47,551 bases of DNA from Minisyncoccota bacterium (GCA_031291875.1 JARLIE010000300.1:1-47551); one strand, 5' to 3'; numbered from the stretch's first letter, positions 1-10,172 are shown. The notes: generated from the letters alone by a model not told the origin. Program-made: numbers and translations.

Positions 1-63
1 CGGGGTATTTTTAGGGCGGCGGGGTATTTTCGCCCCCCCCGGCGCTGTGCTATTGTTTGCTAG

Positions 64-2505
64 ATGAAGACTTACGACCACACGAAAATTGAGAAAAAAT
101 GGCAGGAAGCCTGGTCAAAATCGAAGATCTACGAAACCAAAGATTCTGTTTCTGACACTTCCTCTGCGGCGGCCAAGAAAGAAAATTTCTATCTTTTGGT
201 CGAATTTCCCTACCCCTCGGGCAATCTCCATGTCGGCCACTGGTACTCCTTTGCGGTGCCGGATATTCTCGCTCGCACCCTCAAAATGGAAGGGAAGAAT
301 GTGCTCTATCCAATCGGTTTCGACGCGTTCGGTTTGCCGGCCGAAAACGCCGCAATCAAAAACAAGGTCAATCCCCGCGAGTGGACCGAATCGAATATGG
401 CCTACATGCGCGAGCAGCTCCGCTCAATGGGCGCCTCGTTCGACTGGTCGCGTGAGGTTGTGACGTGCCATCCCGATTACTATCGCTGGACGCAATGGCT
501 TTTCTTGCAGCTCTTCAAGGCGAATCTCGCGTATCGCAAGGAGACGATGGTCAACTGGTGCCCAAACGACAAAACCGTGCTCGCTAACGAGCAGGTCGTT
601 GATGGCAAATGCGAACGCTGTGGCCACGAAGTCGTACAAAAGGAAATGCTGCAATGGAACATCAAGATTACTGAGTATGCCGATCGCCTCGTCGACGATC
701 TCGAAAAACTCGACTGGCCCGAGCCGATCAAAGAATCACAGCGCAACTGGATCGGCAAAAGCGAGGGTGCAGAGATTGATTTTTCTCTTGATTTTGGAGA
801 GGAAAAAGTAAATGCCCGGACGGATGCCGATGGCAAGCGAGCGCATATCACTGTCTTCACGACTCGTCCGGATACGCTCTTTGGCGCAACCTATCTTGTG
901 CTCGCGCCTGAGCACCCATGGGTCACGCTCACGCTGCAACACAAAGCCATTTTGAAAAATAACGAGGAGGTCGCTGTCTACGTCGAACAGACGTCCAAGA
1001 AAACAGAACTCGAACGACAGCAAGAGACGAAAGAGAAAACTGGCGTAAAGCTCGAGGGGGTTGTTGCGGTCAATCCCGCAACGGGCGAAAAAATTCCATT
1101 GTACGTCGCTGATTACGTTCTCGCGGGGTACGGCACTGGCGCAATCATGGCGGTGCCCGCGCATGATGAACGAGACAGAGCGTTCGCCGAAAAATTTGGT
1201 TTGCCCATCAGGGAGGTGGTTTCAGATGATCGTAAACTCATGCATTCGGGAGAATACGATGACCTATCGATTGAAGAAGGCAAAAAGAAAATCACCGAAG
1301 TCTTCGGTCGCCGCAAAACCACCTACAAACTTCGCGATTGGATCGTTTCGCGCCAGCGCTATTGGGGCGTACCGATTCCTATAATCCACTGCCCAAGCTG
1401 CGGCAGTGTTGCTGTACCCGACAACCAGCTGCCGGTATTGTTGCCTGAAACAGACGATTATTTGCCCGACGGAAAAGGCAAATCGCCGCTCGCCAAAGTT
1501 GAGTCGTTTGTACAGGTGAAGTGCCCTCAGTGTGGCGGTGATGCGCAGCGCGAGACCGACACGTTCGATACGTTCATCGACTCTTCCTGGTATTTCTTGC
1601 GTTACGCCGATCCGAAGAACGAGAAGGAATTTGCCGCAAAAGATAGGCAAGCTTTGTGGATGCCGATCGATTTATATTCGGGAGGTGCGGAGCACACGAC
1701 GATGCACTTGCTCTATAGCCGCTTCTGGCACAAAGCGCTCTTCGATCAGGGATTGGTTGCCGATAGTGAACCGTACCTCAGGCGCATGAACCGAGGCATT
1801 ATTCTGGGCCCGGACGGCCAGAAAATGAGCAAATCCAAAGGCAATGTGATTGACCCGGACGATGTGGTTCGTCGGCTCGGCGCGGACACTGTGCGCATGT
1901 ACCTGGCGTTTATCGGTCCGTACAACGAGGTTGCGAGCTATCCCTGGAATCCGGATGGCGTCGTCGGCGTGCGGCGCTTTTTGGAGCGGCTGTGGCGTGC
2001 CCAAGAATTGGTGGTGGAATCAGACAAGCTCGACGACAAGAGCTATTCGATCATCGATCGCGAACTGCACCGCACGATCAAGAAGGTCGGCGAGGACGCG
2101 AAGCAGCTGAAGTTTAATACGGCCATTAGCCAAATGATGATCTTTCTGAATACCATCGAGAAGGAGAAGCAGATCGGCAAAGCGCAGTGGGAGACGTTAC
2201 TGAAATTACTTGCGCCCTTTGCGCCGCACATGGCTGAAGAGCTCTGGCACGAGAGCGGACGCGAAACCTCGATCCATGCCGAAAGCTGGCCTTCGTTTGA
2301 TCCGAAGCTTTTGGTGAGCGAAGAGGGGGTTATCGCGATTCAGATCGACGGGAAAATGCGCGGCGAAATCACGATTGCGAGCGATTCGCCTAAAGATGCG
2401 GTTGAAGCAGCAGCACGAGAAAAAGTCGCGGCACGACTGGAAGGGAAAACGATCACCCGTACCATTGTTGTGCCGAACCGGTTGGTCAACTTTGTGACCG
2501 CTTAA
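64..2505 (+). CDS. leuS: Leucine--tRNA ligase
   Basis: 813 aa; FPYPSGNLHVGH (HIGH), GFDAFGLPAENAA, editing domain FTTRPDT/GTGAIMAVPAHD, SRQRYWG, KMSKS. Confidence 0.98.
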   Translation: MKTYDHTKIEKKWQEAWSKSKIYETKDSVSDTSSAAAKKENFYLLVEFPYPSGNLHVGHWYSFAVPDILARTLKMEGKNVLYPIGFDAFGLPAENAAIKNKVNPREWTESNMAYMREQLRSMGASFDWSREVVTCHPDYYRWTQWLFLQLFKANLAYRKETMVNWCPNDKTVLANEQVVDGKCERCGHEVVQKEMLQWNIKITEYADRLVDDLEKLDWPEPIKESQRNWIGKSEGAEIDFSLDFGEEKVNARTDADGKRAHITVFTTRPDTLFGATYLVLAPEHPWVTLTLQHKAILKNNEEVAVYVEQTSKKTELERQQETKEKTGVKLEGVVAVNPATGEKIPLYVADYVLAGYGTGAIMAVPAHDERDRAFAEKFGLPIREVVSDDRKLMHSGEYDDLSIEEGKKKITEVFGRRKTTYKLRDWIVSRQRYWGVPIPIIHCPSCGSVAVPDNQLPVLLPETDDYLPDGKGKSPLAKVESFVQVKCPQCGGDAQRETDTFDTFIDSSWYFLRYADPKNEKEFAAKDRQALWMPIDLYSGGAEHTTMHLLYSRFWHKALFDQGLVADSEPYLRRMNRGIILGPDGQKMSKSKGNVIDPDDVVRRLGADTVRMYLAFIGPYNEVASYPWNPDGVVGVRRFLERLWRAQELVVESDKLDDKSYSIIDRELHRTIKKVGEDAKQLKFNTAISQMMIFLNTIEKEKQIGKAQWETLLKLLAPFAPHMAEELWHESGRETSIHAESWPSFDPKLLVSEEGVIAIQIDGKMRGEITIASDSPKDAVEAAAREKVAARLEGKTITRTIVVPNRLVNFVTA

Positions 2506-3982
2506 AAACTTTCGTACCGGAGGAGGCGTCTTCGAGTTCGTATCCTTTCTCGGAGAGTTCAGCTCGCAGCCGATCGGCGCTGTTCCAGTCGCGCTTGTCG
2601 CGGGCCGCATTGCGCGCTTCTACGACTTCTCGAATATCGCTTGGTAATTCGGCAGGCGAGAGTTCTGTTTTGAGGTGCGACGCGGCAAGTTTTTTAAGCT
2701 CTGTGCTTGGTTCGGCGAGCTCAAGTCCGAGTACCAGGTTGAAATCCATCAGCGCCGCCAGGAGTTCATCCGGAGCAAGCGATTCGTCTTTAACTATTTC
2801 CCACATGACGGCGAGCGCGCCCGGCGTATCAAGATCATCATTGATACGCTCGTGAAATTTCGCGCGCCAACGGGCTGGGACTTCGCCCGGAACGACGTCG
2901 AGCGAGAGTCGTAGGGCAAGAAGTTTCGTGAGCGCGTTTTGGGACGCCTCGAGTGCTTCCCAAGAGAAATTCGAATTGGTGCGGTAGTGCGCGCCGAGAA
3001 AAAGATAGCGCAGTGAAAGTGGATGAAACCCGCGTTCGACAATTTCTGAGAGGTACACGACATTGCCGTCGGATTTTGCGATCTTCGCGCCTTCGATCTG
3101 CACGTGCGAGCGATGCAGCCAGAATCGCGAAAGGGGATGCTTGCCGGTCGCAGCTTCAGACTGCGCGATTTCATTGTTGTGGTGCACCGGAATATGCTCA
3201 ATACCGCCCGTGTGAATATCAATCTGCTTGCCGAGCGTCGAGTTGATCATGGCAGAGCACTCGATATGCCAGCCCGGAAATCCCATGCCCCACGGAGAGT
3301 CCCAGCCAAGCTTGTCGTCTTTTTTCCAGAGGACGAAGTCGGTCGGATTGTGTTTTTCACCCACTACCTCGACGCGCGCGCCAGCCTTCAGTCCTTCGAT
3401 GTCGATGCCGCCGAGCTCGCCGTAGGCCGCGAAGCGGGAAGTGTCGTAGTAGACGGCGCTCTTGCCTTCGTACGCATAGCCCTTTTCGACCAGAGTTTGT
3501 ACGAGCGCGATTTCGGCCTTGAGGTACGCACTTGCCCGTGGAAATTCGATACGATCGATCGGTACATTGAGCGACTTTAGGTCACTGAGGAATATCGCTG
3601 TGTATTTTTCAGCGAGCAGTGCCATGTTTTCCATAGTGACGCTCATATTCTCCCGCTTGAGGCCCTTCGTCATTTTGTCTTCGCCCTCGTCGGCATCGGA
3701 GGTGAGGTGGCCGAAGTCGGTGATATTGATGACCTGTTTAACTTTGAATTCGTTGTATTCGAGCGTGCGGCGTAGGACATCCGTAAAGACGAACATCGAA
3801 AGGTTGCCGATGTGCTGCATGCCGTAGACCGTTGGTCCACAGTTGTACATGCGCACGGAGTGCGCGTTGCCGGGGAGCGTGAATTCTTGCTTCTCTTTAC
3901 CGAGCGTATTGAAAAGAAAAAGCGGTTCGCGCCCGTGTACCGGCGCGGGTTCTTTGCCCGTGAGTTTGCCTAGCAGTGACAT
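2486..3982 (-). CDS. cysS: Cysteine--tRNA ligase
   Basis: YNCGPTVY, HIGN, NITD, PGWHIECSAM, HHNNEIAQ, KIAKS (KMSKS equivalent); overlaps the leuS 3' end by 20 bp. Confidence 0.97.
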   Translation of the reverse strand: MSLLGKLTGKEPAPVHGREPLFLFNTLGKEKQEFTLPGNAHSVRMYNCGPTVYGMQHIGNLSMFVFTDVLRRTLEYNEFKVKQVINITDFGHLTSDADEGEDKMTKGLKRENMSVTMENMALLAEKYTAIFLSDLKSLNVPIDRIEFPRASAYLKAEIALVQTLVEKGYAYEGKSAVYYDTSRFAAYGELGGIDIEGLKAGARVEVVGEKHNPTDFVLWKKDDKLGWDSPWGMGFPGWHIECSAMINSTLGKQIDIHTGGIEHIPVHHNNEIAQSEAATGKHPLSRFWLHRSHVQIEGAKIAKSDGNVVYLSEIVERGFHPLSLRYLFLGAHYRTNSNFSWEALEASQNALTKLLALRLSLDVVPGEVPARWRAKFHERINDDLDTPGALAVMWEIVKDESLAPDELLAALMDFNLVLGLELAEPSTELKKLAASHLKTELSPAELPSDIREVVEARNAARDKRDWNSADRLRAELSEKGYELEDASSGTKVFKRSQS

Positions 3983-3991
3983 AGGAGTAGC

Positions 3992-4903
3992 TTACAACCA
4001 TTCTTGGCGTTTAAAGTACCAAAACATAACGAAGACCGCGGCGACCATGCCGCCGACAATGATCCACCAGTCGTACGGCAAGCCGATGATCGGCTGGTAT
4101 TTCGTGTCCATACTAAAGAGCGCGGCAAAAAGCGTAAGCGGGAAGGTCGTGAAGGCGAGGATCGTGAAGCGCTTCATGGTCTCGTTCTGCTTCGTAGTGA
4201 GGAGCGAGTTGTTGGTTTCGCGAAGCTCGTGGAGGAATTCCGTGTGGCGCATGATGTGATTGTGGACGCGGTAGTACTCGTTGGAGAGCTGTCGAAGGTA
4301 GGGCGCGAAATCGGGCCCAAAGAACGCGGCAGCGCCTTCGTCGAACGAATGCAGTGTCTCGCGGTGTGGCTCGATGGTCTGGCGTAAGTTGAGGAGATCT
4401 CGCGCCGTTTTGGAAATCCCGGTCACCATCTGAACCTCGTGGCCGGAGAAGATATGCTCTTCGATAACGTGGAGATCATGCTTTACATACTCCACCTCGT
4501 GATCGATCGAGCGATACAGCTTGCGAAGCATATAGAAGAACATAAAGCCGGCATGTTCGCCGATATTGCTTTCATCGAGTAGGGAATTAACCTCGAATAC
4601 TTTCGAGAATTTGTGCAGCGGGTCGACGACGTCGTATCGTGTGGTAATGAGGAACTGCCGCCCGATTACAAAATCAACTTCCTGTTCCGGGGCGGAGTGC
4701 GAATGGTGCAGCGCGGGGAAGTGCAACACGACGTACGCGTAATCGCCATAAAATTCAGCGCGAGATTTGGTGGAGGGTATCAAAAGTTCTTCCGCAACGA
4801 GCGGTTCGAGACGAAACTCTTCGGCCAACGCGACCACTTCATCGCGCGTCGGCGATTCAAGGTCAATCCAAACTAGGCCGCCGTGTTCGTAGCGGGATTG
4901 CAT
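3992..4903 (-). CDS. corA: CorA-family Mg2+/divalent cation transporter
   Basis: WIDL..PT N-terminus, NETMKRFT, two C-terminal TM helices with FSMD in place of the GMN motif; start moved to ATG 4903, just downstream of a TGCTATACT promoter. Confidence 0.85.
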   Translation of the reverse strand: MQSRYEHGGLVWIDLESPTRDEVVALAEEFRLEPLVAEELLIPSTKSRAEFYGDYAYVVLHFPALHHSHSAPEQEVDFVIGRQFLITTRYDVVDPLHKFSKVFEVNSLLDESNIGEHAGFMFFYMLRKLYRSIDHEVEYVKHDLHVIEEHIFSGHEVQMVTGISKTARDLLNLRQTIEPHRETLHSFDEGAAAFFGPDFAPYLRQLSNEYYRVHNHIMRHTEFLHELRETNNSLLTTKQNETMKRFTILAFTTFPLTLFAALFSMDTKYQPIIGLPYDWWIIVGGMVAAVFVMFWYFKRQEWL

Positions 4904-4955
4904 ACGAAAAGTATAGCATGTCAAATATTCGCGAGACGGTTGGTGGAAAGCTTTT

Positions 4956-5080
4956 TCAGGAATGGTTGGAATAAAACTTTTTGCGTCTGCGGGGCGAGCT
5001 TCAAGTATGGTGAGAGCTAGTTCGAGTATAGTGAGTCGCTAGTCCTCGCCAGCAAAAAGTTTTATTCCAACCATTCCTGA
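4956..5080. repeat. Perfect 29-bp inverted repeat with 67-bp spacer
   Basis: 4956-4984 TCAGGAATGGTTGGAATAAAACTTTTTGC is the exact reverse complement of 5052-5080. Confidence 0.95.
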
Positions 5081-5130
5081 CAGTTTCGGCTCTCTTTGGA
5101 GAGAGCAAAACGTATGAGATAATACCGCCC

Positions 5131-6387
5131 ATGAAAGGAAGTCGTTCTCCGATTTCAGCCCCGATACTTGGCGCGATAGCGATGCTGCTTATGGGACTCA
5201 GCGTCGGTTTTTTGGTGGGTGAACACAGCGCTAATGCCGCGCTTGCAGACAGCGGAGCGCCGCAAGGCGTCGACTTTTCTCCGGTGTGGAGCGCCTGGAA
5301 TATCATTCAGCAGGATTATGTGCCCGTTTCGGTCGCTTCATCTTCTCCCGTAGCGACCTCGTCGCCGGATCTCCAGCAAAAGAAGGTTTGGGGTATGATC
5401 TCAGGTCTCGCTGCCTCGCTGAACGACCCGTACAGCTACTTCCTCCCACCGACGGAGAACAAGCAGTTCTCCTCCGACATGAGCGGCACCTTCGACGGCA
5501 TCGGAACGGAAATCGATGTCAAAAGCGGCCAGCTCGTTGTGCTCTCACCGCTCACCGGCACGCCGGCTTCCAAAGCGGGTCTTAAGGCAGGGGATCAAAT
5601 TCTCGATATCGACGGCTCGAGCACTGCACAAATGGACGTCAATACTGCCGTTTCCGCCATTCGTGGTCCTGCCGGAGCAAATGTGACGCTCACAATTATG
5701 CGCACCGGCTGGGATTCGCCTAAAAAATTCGTCATTACACGCGCGCCGATCAATGTCCCGGAAGTGCAGACGATAAAGCGCCCGGACGGCATCTTCGTCA
5801 TCTCGCTGGCCGAATTCACCTCAAATTCGCCGGATCTCTTCCGCAATGCGCTTCGTCAGTTCGTCGAAAGCGGTGATACGAAGTTGGTCATCGACCTGCG
5901 CGAAAATCCGGGTGGGTACTTGGACGCCGCTGTCGATATCGGCAGCTACTTCCTGCCCTCGGGTGACACGATCGTGACCGAAGATTACGACGGTCATCAA
6001 CCCAACATCGTGCACAAGTCGTACGGGTACAATATCTTCAATAACAATCTGAAAATGGTGGTGCTCGTCGACGGAGGCACGGCTTCCGCTGCCGAAATTC
6101 TCTCCAGCGCCCTGCGGTACTATGGGGTTGCGCAGTTGGTCGGCACCGACACGTACGGCAAAGGTTCGGTACAGGAGCTTATTCCGATCACAGCAGACAC
6201 TAACTTAAAACTTACGGTCGCCCGCTGGCTCACACCAAGCGGCTCTCCGATCCCGACTTCCGGCATTGTCCCGGACGTGAAGGTGAGCTTAAGCACCACA
6301 ACGACCGCCGATCTTCAAATGCAAAAAACCGCGCAGCTTCTTGGCGGTGATCCCAGTGCAACCGGTACGCCGCAAATCGTTCAATAG
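5131..6387 (+). CDS. S41A carboxyl-terminal processing protease (PDZ + S41)
   Basis: N-terminal TM, DPYS, PDZ (GIG...GLKAGDQI), DLRENPGG, TASAAE (catalytic Ser), GKGSVQ (catalytic Lys). Confidence 0.95.
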   Translation: MKGSRSPISAPILGAIAMLLMGLSVGFLVGEHSANAALADSGAPQGVDFSPVWSAWNIIQQDYVPVSVASSSPVATSSPDLQQKKVWGMISGLAASLNDPYSYFLPPTENKQFSSDMSGTFDGIGTEIDVKSGQLVVLSPLTGTPASKAGLKAGDQILDIDGSSTAQMDVNTAVSAIRGPAGANVTLTIMRTGWDSPKKFVITRAPINVPEVQTIKRPDGIFVISLAEFTSNSPDLFRNALRQFVESGDTKLVIDLRENPGGYLDAAVDIGSYFLPSGDTIVTEDYDGHQPNIVHKSYGYNIFNNNLKMVVLVDGGTASAAEILSSALRYYGVAQLVGTDTYGKGSVQELIPITADTNLKLTVARWLTPSGSPIPTSGIVPDVKVSLSTTTTADLQMQKTAQLLGGDPSATGTPQIVQ

Positions 6388-6394
6388 TCAATCT

Positions 6395-6838
6395 ATGAAA
6401 GTCCTCATGATCAAGGATGTGGGAGGTGTCGGCCGACGAGGCGAAATCAAAGAGATAACCGACGGTTACGCGCTCAATAATTTGATCCCGCGAGGACTCG
6501 CAGTACAAGCCACTCCTGAAAAGATAAAGGCGCACGAAGCCGCGACGCAACAACAAAACGAGCAGCGAGCAAAGGAGCAGCAGGCACTGATACACAAGGT
6601 ACAGAGCCTTGAGAACGCGCGTATTGAGCTCTCGGCTAAGGCGACGCAGAAGGGAGGGCTATTTAAATCGCTCGGCATCACCGATATCAAAAAAGCGATA
6701 CTCAGCCAGCGGCAGATAGATTTGCCTGAAGAGGCAATCATGCTCGAAAAGCCGATCAAGGAAATCGGCGATCACGCTGTTGAAATTAAAACAGCCGGGA
6801 CAAAGGCCCGGCTGATAGTTTCGATAGAGGGAAATTAA
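6395..6838 (+). CDS. rplI: 50S ribosomal protein L9
   Basis: MKVLMIKDV..VGRRGEIKEITDGYALNNLIPRGLA; C-terminal GGLFKS and PIKEIGDH; start at ATG 6395. Confidence 0.95.
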   Translation: MKVLMIKDVGGVGRRGEIKEITDGYALNNLIPRGLAVQATPEKIKAHEAATQQQNEQRAKEQQALIHKVQSLENARIELSAKATQKGGLFKSLGITDIKKAILSQRQIDLPEEAIMLEKPIKEIGDHAVEIKTAGTKARLIVSIEGN

Positions 6839-7111
6839 TTAGACGACGTCGACGATGCGGCGAGTCGAGGAGCGACCGTCGTAGTCTGTCTTGCGGGTCG
6901 TGCGGAAGCGAACGACGCCTTCTGCGAGTGCAAAAAGCGTGTGGTCCTTGCCCACGCCGATTTTGCGGCCCGGGAGAATCTTGGTACCGCGTTGGCGGAC
7001 GATGATCTCACCGACACCGACTTTTTGACCGTCAGCGCGCTTAACGCCGAGGTATTTCGGGTTGGAATCTCGAAGGTTATGTGATGTTCCGCCTGCTTTT
7101 GTATGCGCCAT
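6839..7111 (-). CDS. rpmA: 50S ribosomal protein L27
   Basis: MAHTKAGG...[28 protein letters not shown]. Confidence 0.97.
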   Translation of the reverse strand: MAHTKAGGTSHNLRDSNPKYLGVKRADGQKVGVGEIIVRQRGTKILPGRKIGVGKDHTLFALAEGVVRFRTTRKTDYDGRSSTRRIVDVV

Positions 7112-7125
7112 AGTGGTATACTGTT

Positions 7126-7494
7126 TTGGTGAACGGGGTCACTATACAGGGTTTTTTGCTGCGCTGCAAGCTACTGGTAGAAGGGGGTATAGGGGAATGG
7201 GGCTTATTCCTAGTCCTATTTTCAGTAGCCATTTGTGCGTACGGTTTGGGACGGATTTCCATGCTCGAGACCATCAAGCCACCGATTGCGATAGAAGAGG
7301 CTCCACAAACGGCCCAGATCCTTGCCGTAGCCCCCGGCGGCTATGTCGTAGCCTCCCGCAGCGGGTCTGTCTACTACCTCCCGTGGTGTGCCGGTGCGGA
7401 CAAGATACCAGCCGACAAGCAGCTTTGGTTTACAAGCGAAGCGGCTGCGCAAAAGGCCGGGTATACACCCGCAAAAAGTTGTAAAGGTCTGTAA
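7126..7494 (+). CDS. Membrane-anchored protein with Ada-type metal-binding C-terminal domain
   Basis: TM segment, then [14 protein letters not shown]...[17 protein letters not shown]; start codon uncertain. Confidence 0.7.
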   Translation: MVNGVTIQGFLLRCKLLVEGGIGEWGLFLVLFSVAICAYGLGRISMLETIKPPIAIEEAPQTAQILAVAPGGYVVASRSGSVYYLPWCAGADKIPADKQLWFTSEAAAQKAGYTPAKSCKGL

Positions 7495-7556
7495 CCGCCC
7501 GTACGCCGGGCCTATCGTGTGGGCAGGCGCGAGGCACGTGGTATACAATACTCGTC

Positions 7557-8165
7557 ATGATGACCCTCGAGAGTACACACGAGGAAGTGCTTGCAGAAAT
7601 GGAGCGACTGCGCGTTTTGTATGCGCTGAAGCAAACGCTCCGCTATATGAGCAAGCGTCCCGACGAGCATTCTGAATCGGTCGCCGAGCACCTCTTCGCG
7701 ATGCAGGTCCTCGCGCTCTATTTTCTTCCGCTGGAAGATCCGCAGGGCAAGCTCGATCGCGCTCGCATCAACGAGCTCATTCTTTTTCACGAACTCGGCG
7801 AGATCGAAACCGGCGATATTCCGTTCCACAAAAAGAATCGCGAACACGTCGCAGAAGAGCAGCGGGCGGCCGTGCGGGTTTCCCAGCGATTGCCGGAGTC
7901 CATGCAGCAACTTGCGCTCGAGAGATCGCAGGAATTTGAAGAACGCAAAACACCCGAGGCGCTTTTTGCCGTTGCGATCGACAAACTGGAACCCGTTTTC
8001 GAAATGTACGAGGAACGCGTCTTGCCGCTTTTCAAACGACAGCAAATAACCCGGAGTTTCGCGGTAAACGTAAAGCGCGAAGCAACCAAAAACTTCCCGT
8101 ATATGCGCAAATTCTTGGATGCCTGGGAAGCGAGGGCGGTTTCGCTCGACATCTTTCCAGAGTAA
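7557..8165 (+). CDS. HD-domain hydrolase (HD_3/YfbR-like), HE variant
   Basis: LK...R...ESVAEH, FHELGEIETGDIP, DKLEP. Confidence 0.85.
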   Translation: MMTLESTHEEVLAEMERLRVLYALKQTLRYMSKRPDEHSESVAEHLFAMQVLALYFLPLEDPQGKLDRARINELILFHELGEIETGDIPFHKKNREHVAEEQRAAVRVSQRLPESMQQLALERSQEFEERKTPEALFAVAIDKLEPVFEMYEERVLPLFKRQQITRSFAVNVKREATKNFPYMRKFLDAWEARAVSLDIFPE

Positions 8166-8174
8166 ACTACCCCT

Positions 8175-8771
8175 ATGCTTGTCGTTGATTGCGAAATGAC
8201 CGGTCTTGAACCGAATGAACACTCCATTGTGAGCGTGGGAGCGGTCGATTTTGAACGTCCGACAAGACGCCTCTACGAGGAGTGCCGTATGTGGGATGGC
8301 GCCAAAGTCGAACCTGCGGCGCTCGTGGTGAACGGCTTTACCCGGGAGCAGGTTATGGATCCAGCGAAGCAGAGCGAAGCCGACCTCGTGCACTCGTTCA
8401 TTACTTTTGCGGAAGATATGGGCGATACAACGTTGGCGGGCCAGAACGTGTTCACCGATCTCTATTTTCTTCGCGCAGCCGCGATCCGCGCGGGACACAC
8501 CGCGTGGCCCTTTGCACACCGCATCATCGACATCCACTCGCTGTGCTTCGAGCACATGATTCACCGCGGCCTCCAGCCACCGATAGATCCCAATAAGCAT
8601 CACTCATCACTCAATCTCGATAAAGTTTTGAATTATTGCGGGATTCCTGAAGAGCCGCGCCCGCACAATGCGCTTACAGGCGCGCTGTGCAACGCCGAGG
8701 TTATCGCGCGCATCCTCTATGGCCGCAAACTACTTCCCGAATTCGAGCAGTACGAAATTCCTTGGAAGTAA
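8175..8771 (+). CDS. DEDDh 3'-5' exonuclease family protein
   Basis: VVDCEMTGL (ExoI), GQNVFTDLYFL (ExoII), PHNALTGA (ExoIII, Asp missing). Confidence 0.85.
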   Translation: MLVVDCEMTGLEPNEHSIVSVGAVDFERPTRRLYEECRMWDGAKVEPAALVVNGFTREQVMDPAKQSEADLVHSFITFAEDMGDTTLAGQNVFTDLYFLRAAAIRAGHTAWPFAHRIIDIHSLCFEHMIHRGLQPPIDPNKHHSSLNLDKVLNYCGIPEEPRPHNALTGALCNAEVIARILYGRKLLPEFEQYEIPWK

Positions 8772-8827
8772 CCCAACGAGCAGGTGCTTCATCCAAATTT
8801 CACGCGCGCAGAACAAGATGAGCCTTC

Positions 8828-9640
8828 ATGAGTACTACGACAGCTGGGGTATACCCGTCATTTTTTGATCCAACAACGCTGCTCGGGGCGCTCTTTTTTG
8901 CACTGGTTGTCATCGTGCTCGCATGGCTCGTCGGCAGCGGGCTTAATCTATTGATCCACCGCTCCTTAGATCGAGCCGAAGCGGCGGGCACCGACTCGAC
9001 TTCAATTCGGTTTTTGGGCCAACTCGGGCGCGTGTTCGTCTACATTCTCGGATTTACGCTGTATGCCTATATCGTTCCGCCACTGCACGACTTGGGAACG
9101 GCGTGGCTCGCAAGCGTCGGGCTCTTTTCTGTCGTGATTGGTCTTGCGACGCAAAGCACGCTCAGCAACCTCATTGCCGGAATTTCAGTAATCCTTTACC
9201 GCCCGTTTCGAATAGGGGACAAGATCGAAGTGGCGACGCCGGCAGGACCGGAAATCGGCGCGGTCGAGAGTATCGATTTGGGTTACACCACTTTGCGCGC
9301 ACACGACGGCAGGAGAGTGGTCGTGCCCAACAGCATCGTCGCCTCACAAACCAACATCAATTTTTCCCGCAATTCCGCGCGCATGCTGATTGAGCTCTCC
9401 GTCGCGGTGCAAAGCGGGTCGGATATCGACCAAGCCCGCAAGCTCTTTCTCACTGCGGCGAAGACAGTTCCGAAAATCGCGAAGATCAACGGTTGCTTTA
9501 TCACGACCATGACCAAGGAAGCTACAACGCTCATGCTTTCGGTCATGTGCTTCGATCCAAGCGATGTGGTGGGGATACGATCCGATGTGCTTGAGGAGTT
9601 TAAAAAGCAGCTCGACGGCGTCGGTATCGCACTGGGATAA
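8828..9640 (+). CDS. Small-conductance mechanosensitive channel (MscS family)
   Basis: 3 TM, IGLATQSTLSNLIAG, RPFRIGDKI, G.VESIDLGYTTLR, VVPNS. Confidence 0.93.
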   Translation: MSTTTAGVYPSFFDPTTLLGALFFALVVIVLAWLVGSGLNLLIHRSLDRAEAAGTDSTSIRFLGQLGRVFVYILGFTLYAYIVPPLHDLGTAWLASVGLFSVVIGLATQSTLSNLIAGISVILYRPFRIGDKIEVATPAGPEIGAVESIDLGYTTLRAHDGRRVVVPNSIVASQTNINFSRNSARMLIELSVAVQSGSDIDQARKLFLTAAKTVPKIAKINGCFITTMTKEATTLMLSVMCFDPSDVVGIRSDVLEEFKKQLDGVGIALG

Positions 9641-9681
9641 AAGAGTTGGCCCGCATATACTGCGGGCCAAAAGTAATCGAA

Positions 9682-10113
9682 TTATTGACACCGTGGATAC
9701 AAGCGCTCCAGCGCTCGACCCGAGAGACGGATCATTTTCGGCGTGAGGCCGCCACGCTTCTTGATCCAGGCTTGGATCGGTCTTGGATACGAGCTCATTA
9801 GGAGCTCGGTAGCCCCGGGTGAGGTTACGGGCCTTCCGTCGTTGCCGTAATCCCATGCCGCATGGAAGCCGAGCACTGCGCGCGACGTCACGCAGACACG
9901 TCCTTTTGGAATAAAGGCGGTGACCAGTGTGCAGGCCGAAAGGCACTTTCCATCGATCACGATCTGCTCGCCGCTGTCGCGCAGCATCTCGTACTTACCC
10001 ATGTAGGTGCCGATCCGGCCGCCTCTGTCGTCGGAGATACGGATTTGCATCGCATGGGTTGGCGTTGAAAGGAGCATCGACGAGAACAAAAGCGCGCAAA
10101 AAAATCGAAACAT
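9682..10113 (-). CDS. Secreted protein, ClpP/crotonase-like (resembles Rhizobiales hypothetical proteins)
   Basis: Signal peptide; DDRGG, IDGKCLSACT, LGFHAA; SD AGGAGG upstream. Confidence 0.7.
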   Translation of the reverse strand: MFRFFCALLFSSMLLSTPTHAMQIRISDDRGGRIGTYMGKYEMLRDSGEQIVIDGKCLSACTLVTAFIPKGRVCVTSRAVLGFHAAWDYGNDGRPVTSPGATELLMSSYPRPIQAWIKKRGGLTPKMIRLSGRALERLYPRCQ

Positions 10114-10172
10114 CGAGAGTCCCTCCTATTGTGTTGCATTTACTGCAGCATACCAACCGGCCCCAAAAAAAG

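Noticed and set aside
1-45. CGGGGTATTTT direct repeat and C run
   Set aside because: Two short copies at the window edge; cannot be interpreted
7512-8603. 363-aa minus-strand ORF
   Set aside because: Antisense shadow of the HD and exonuclease genes, with no motifs
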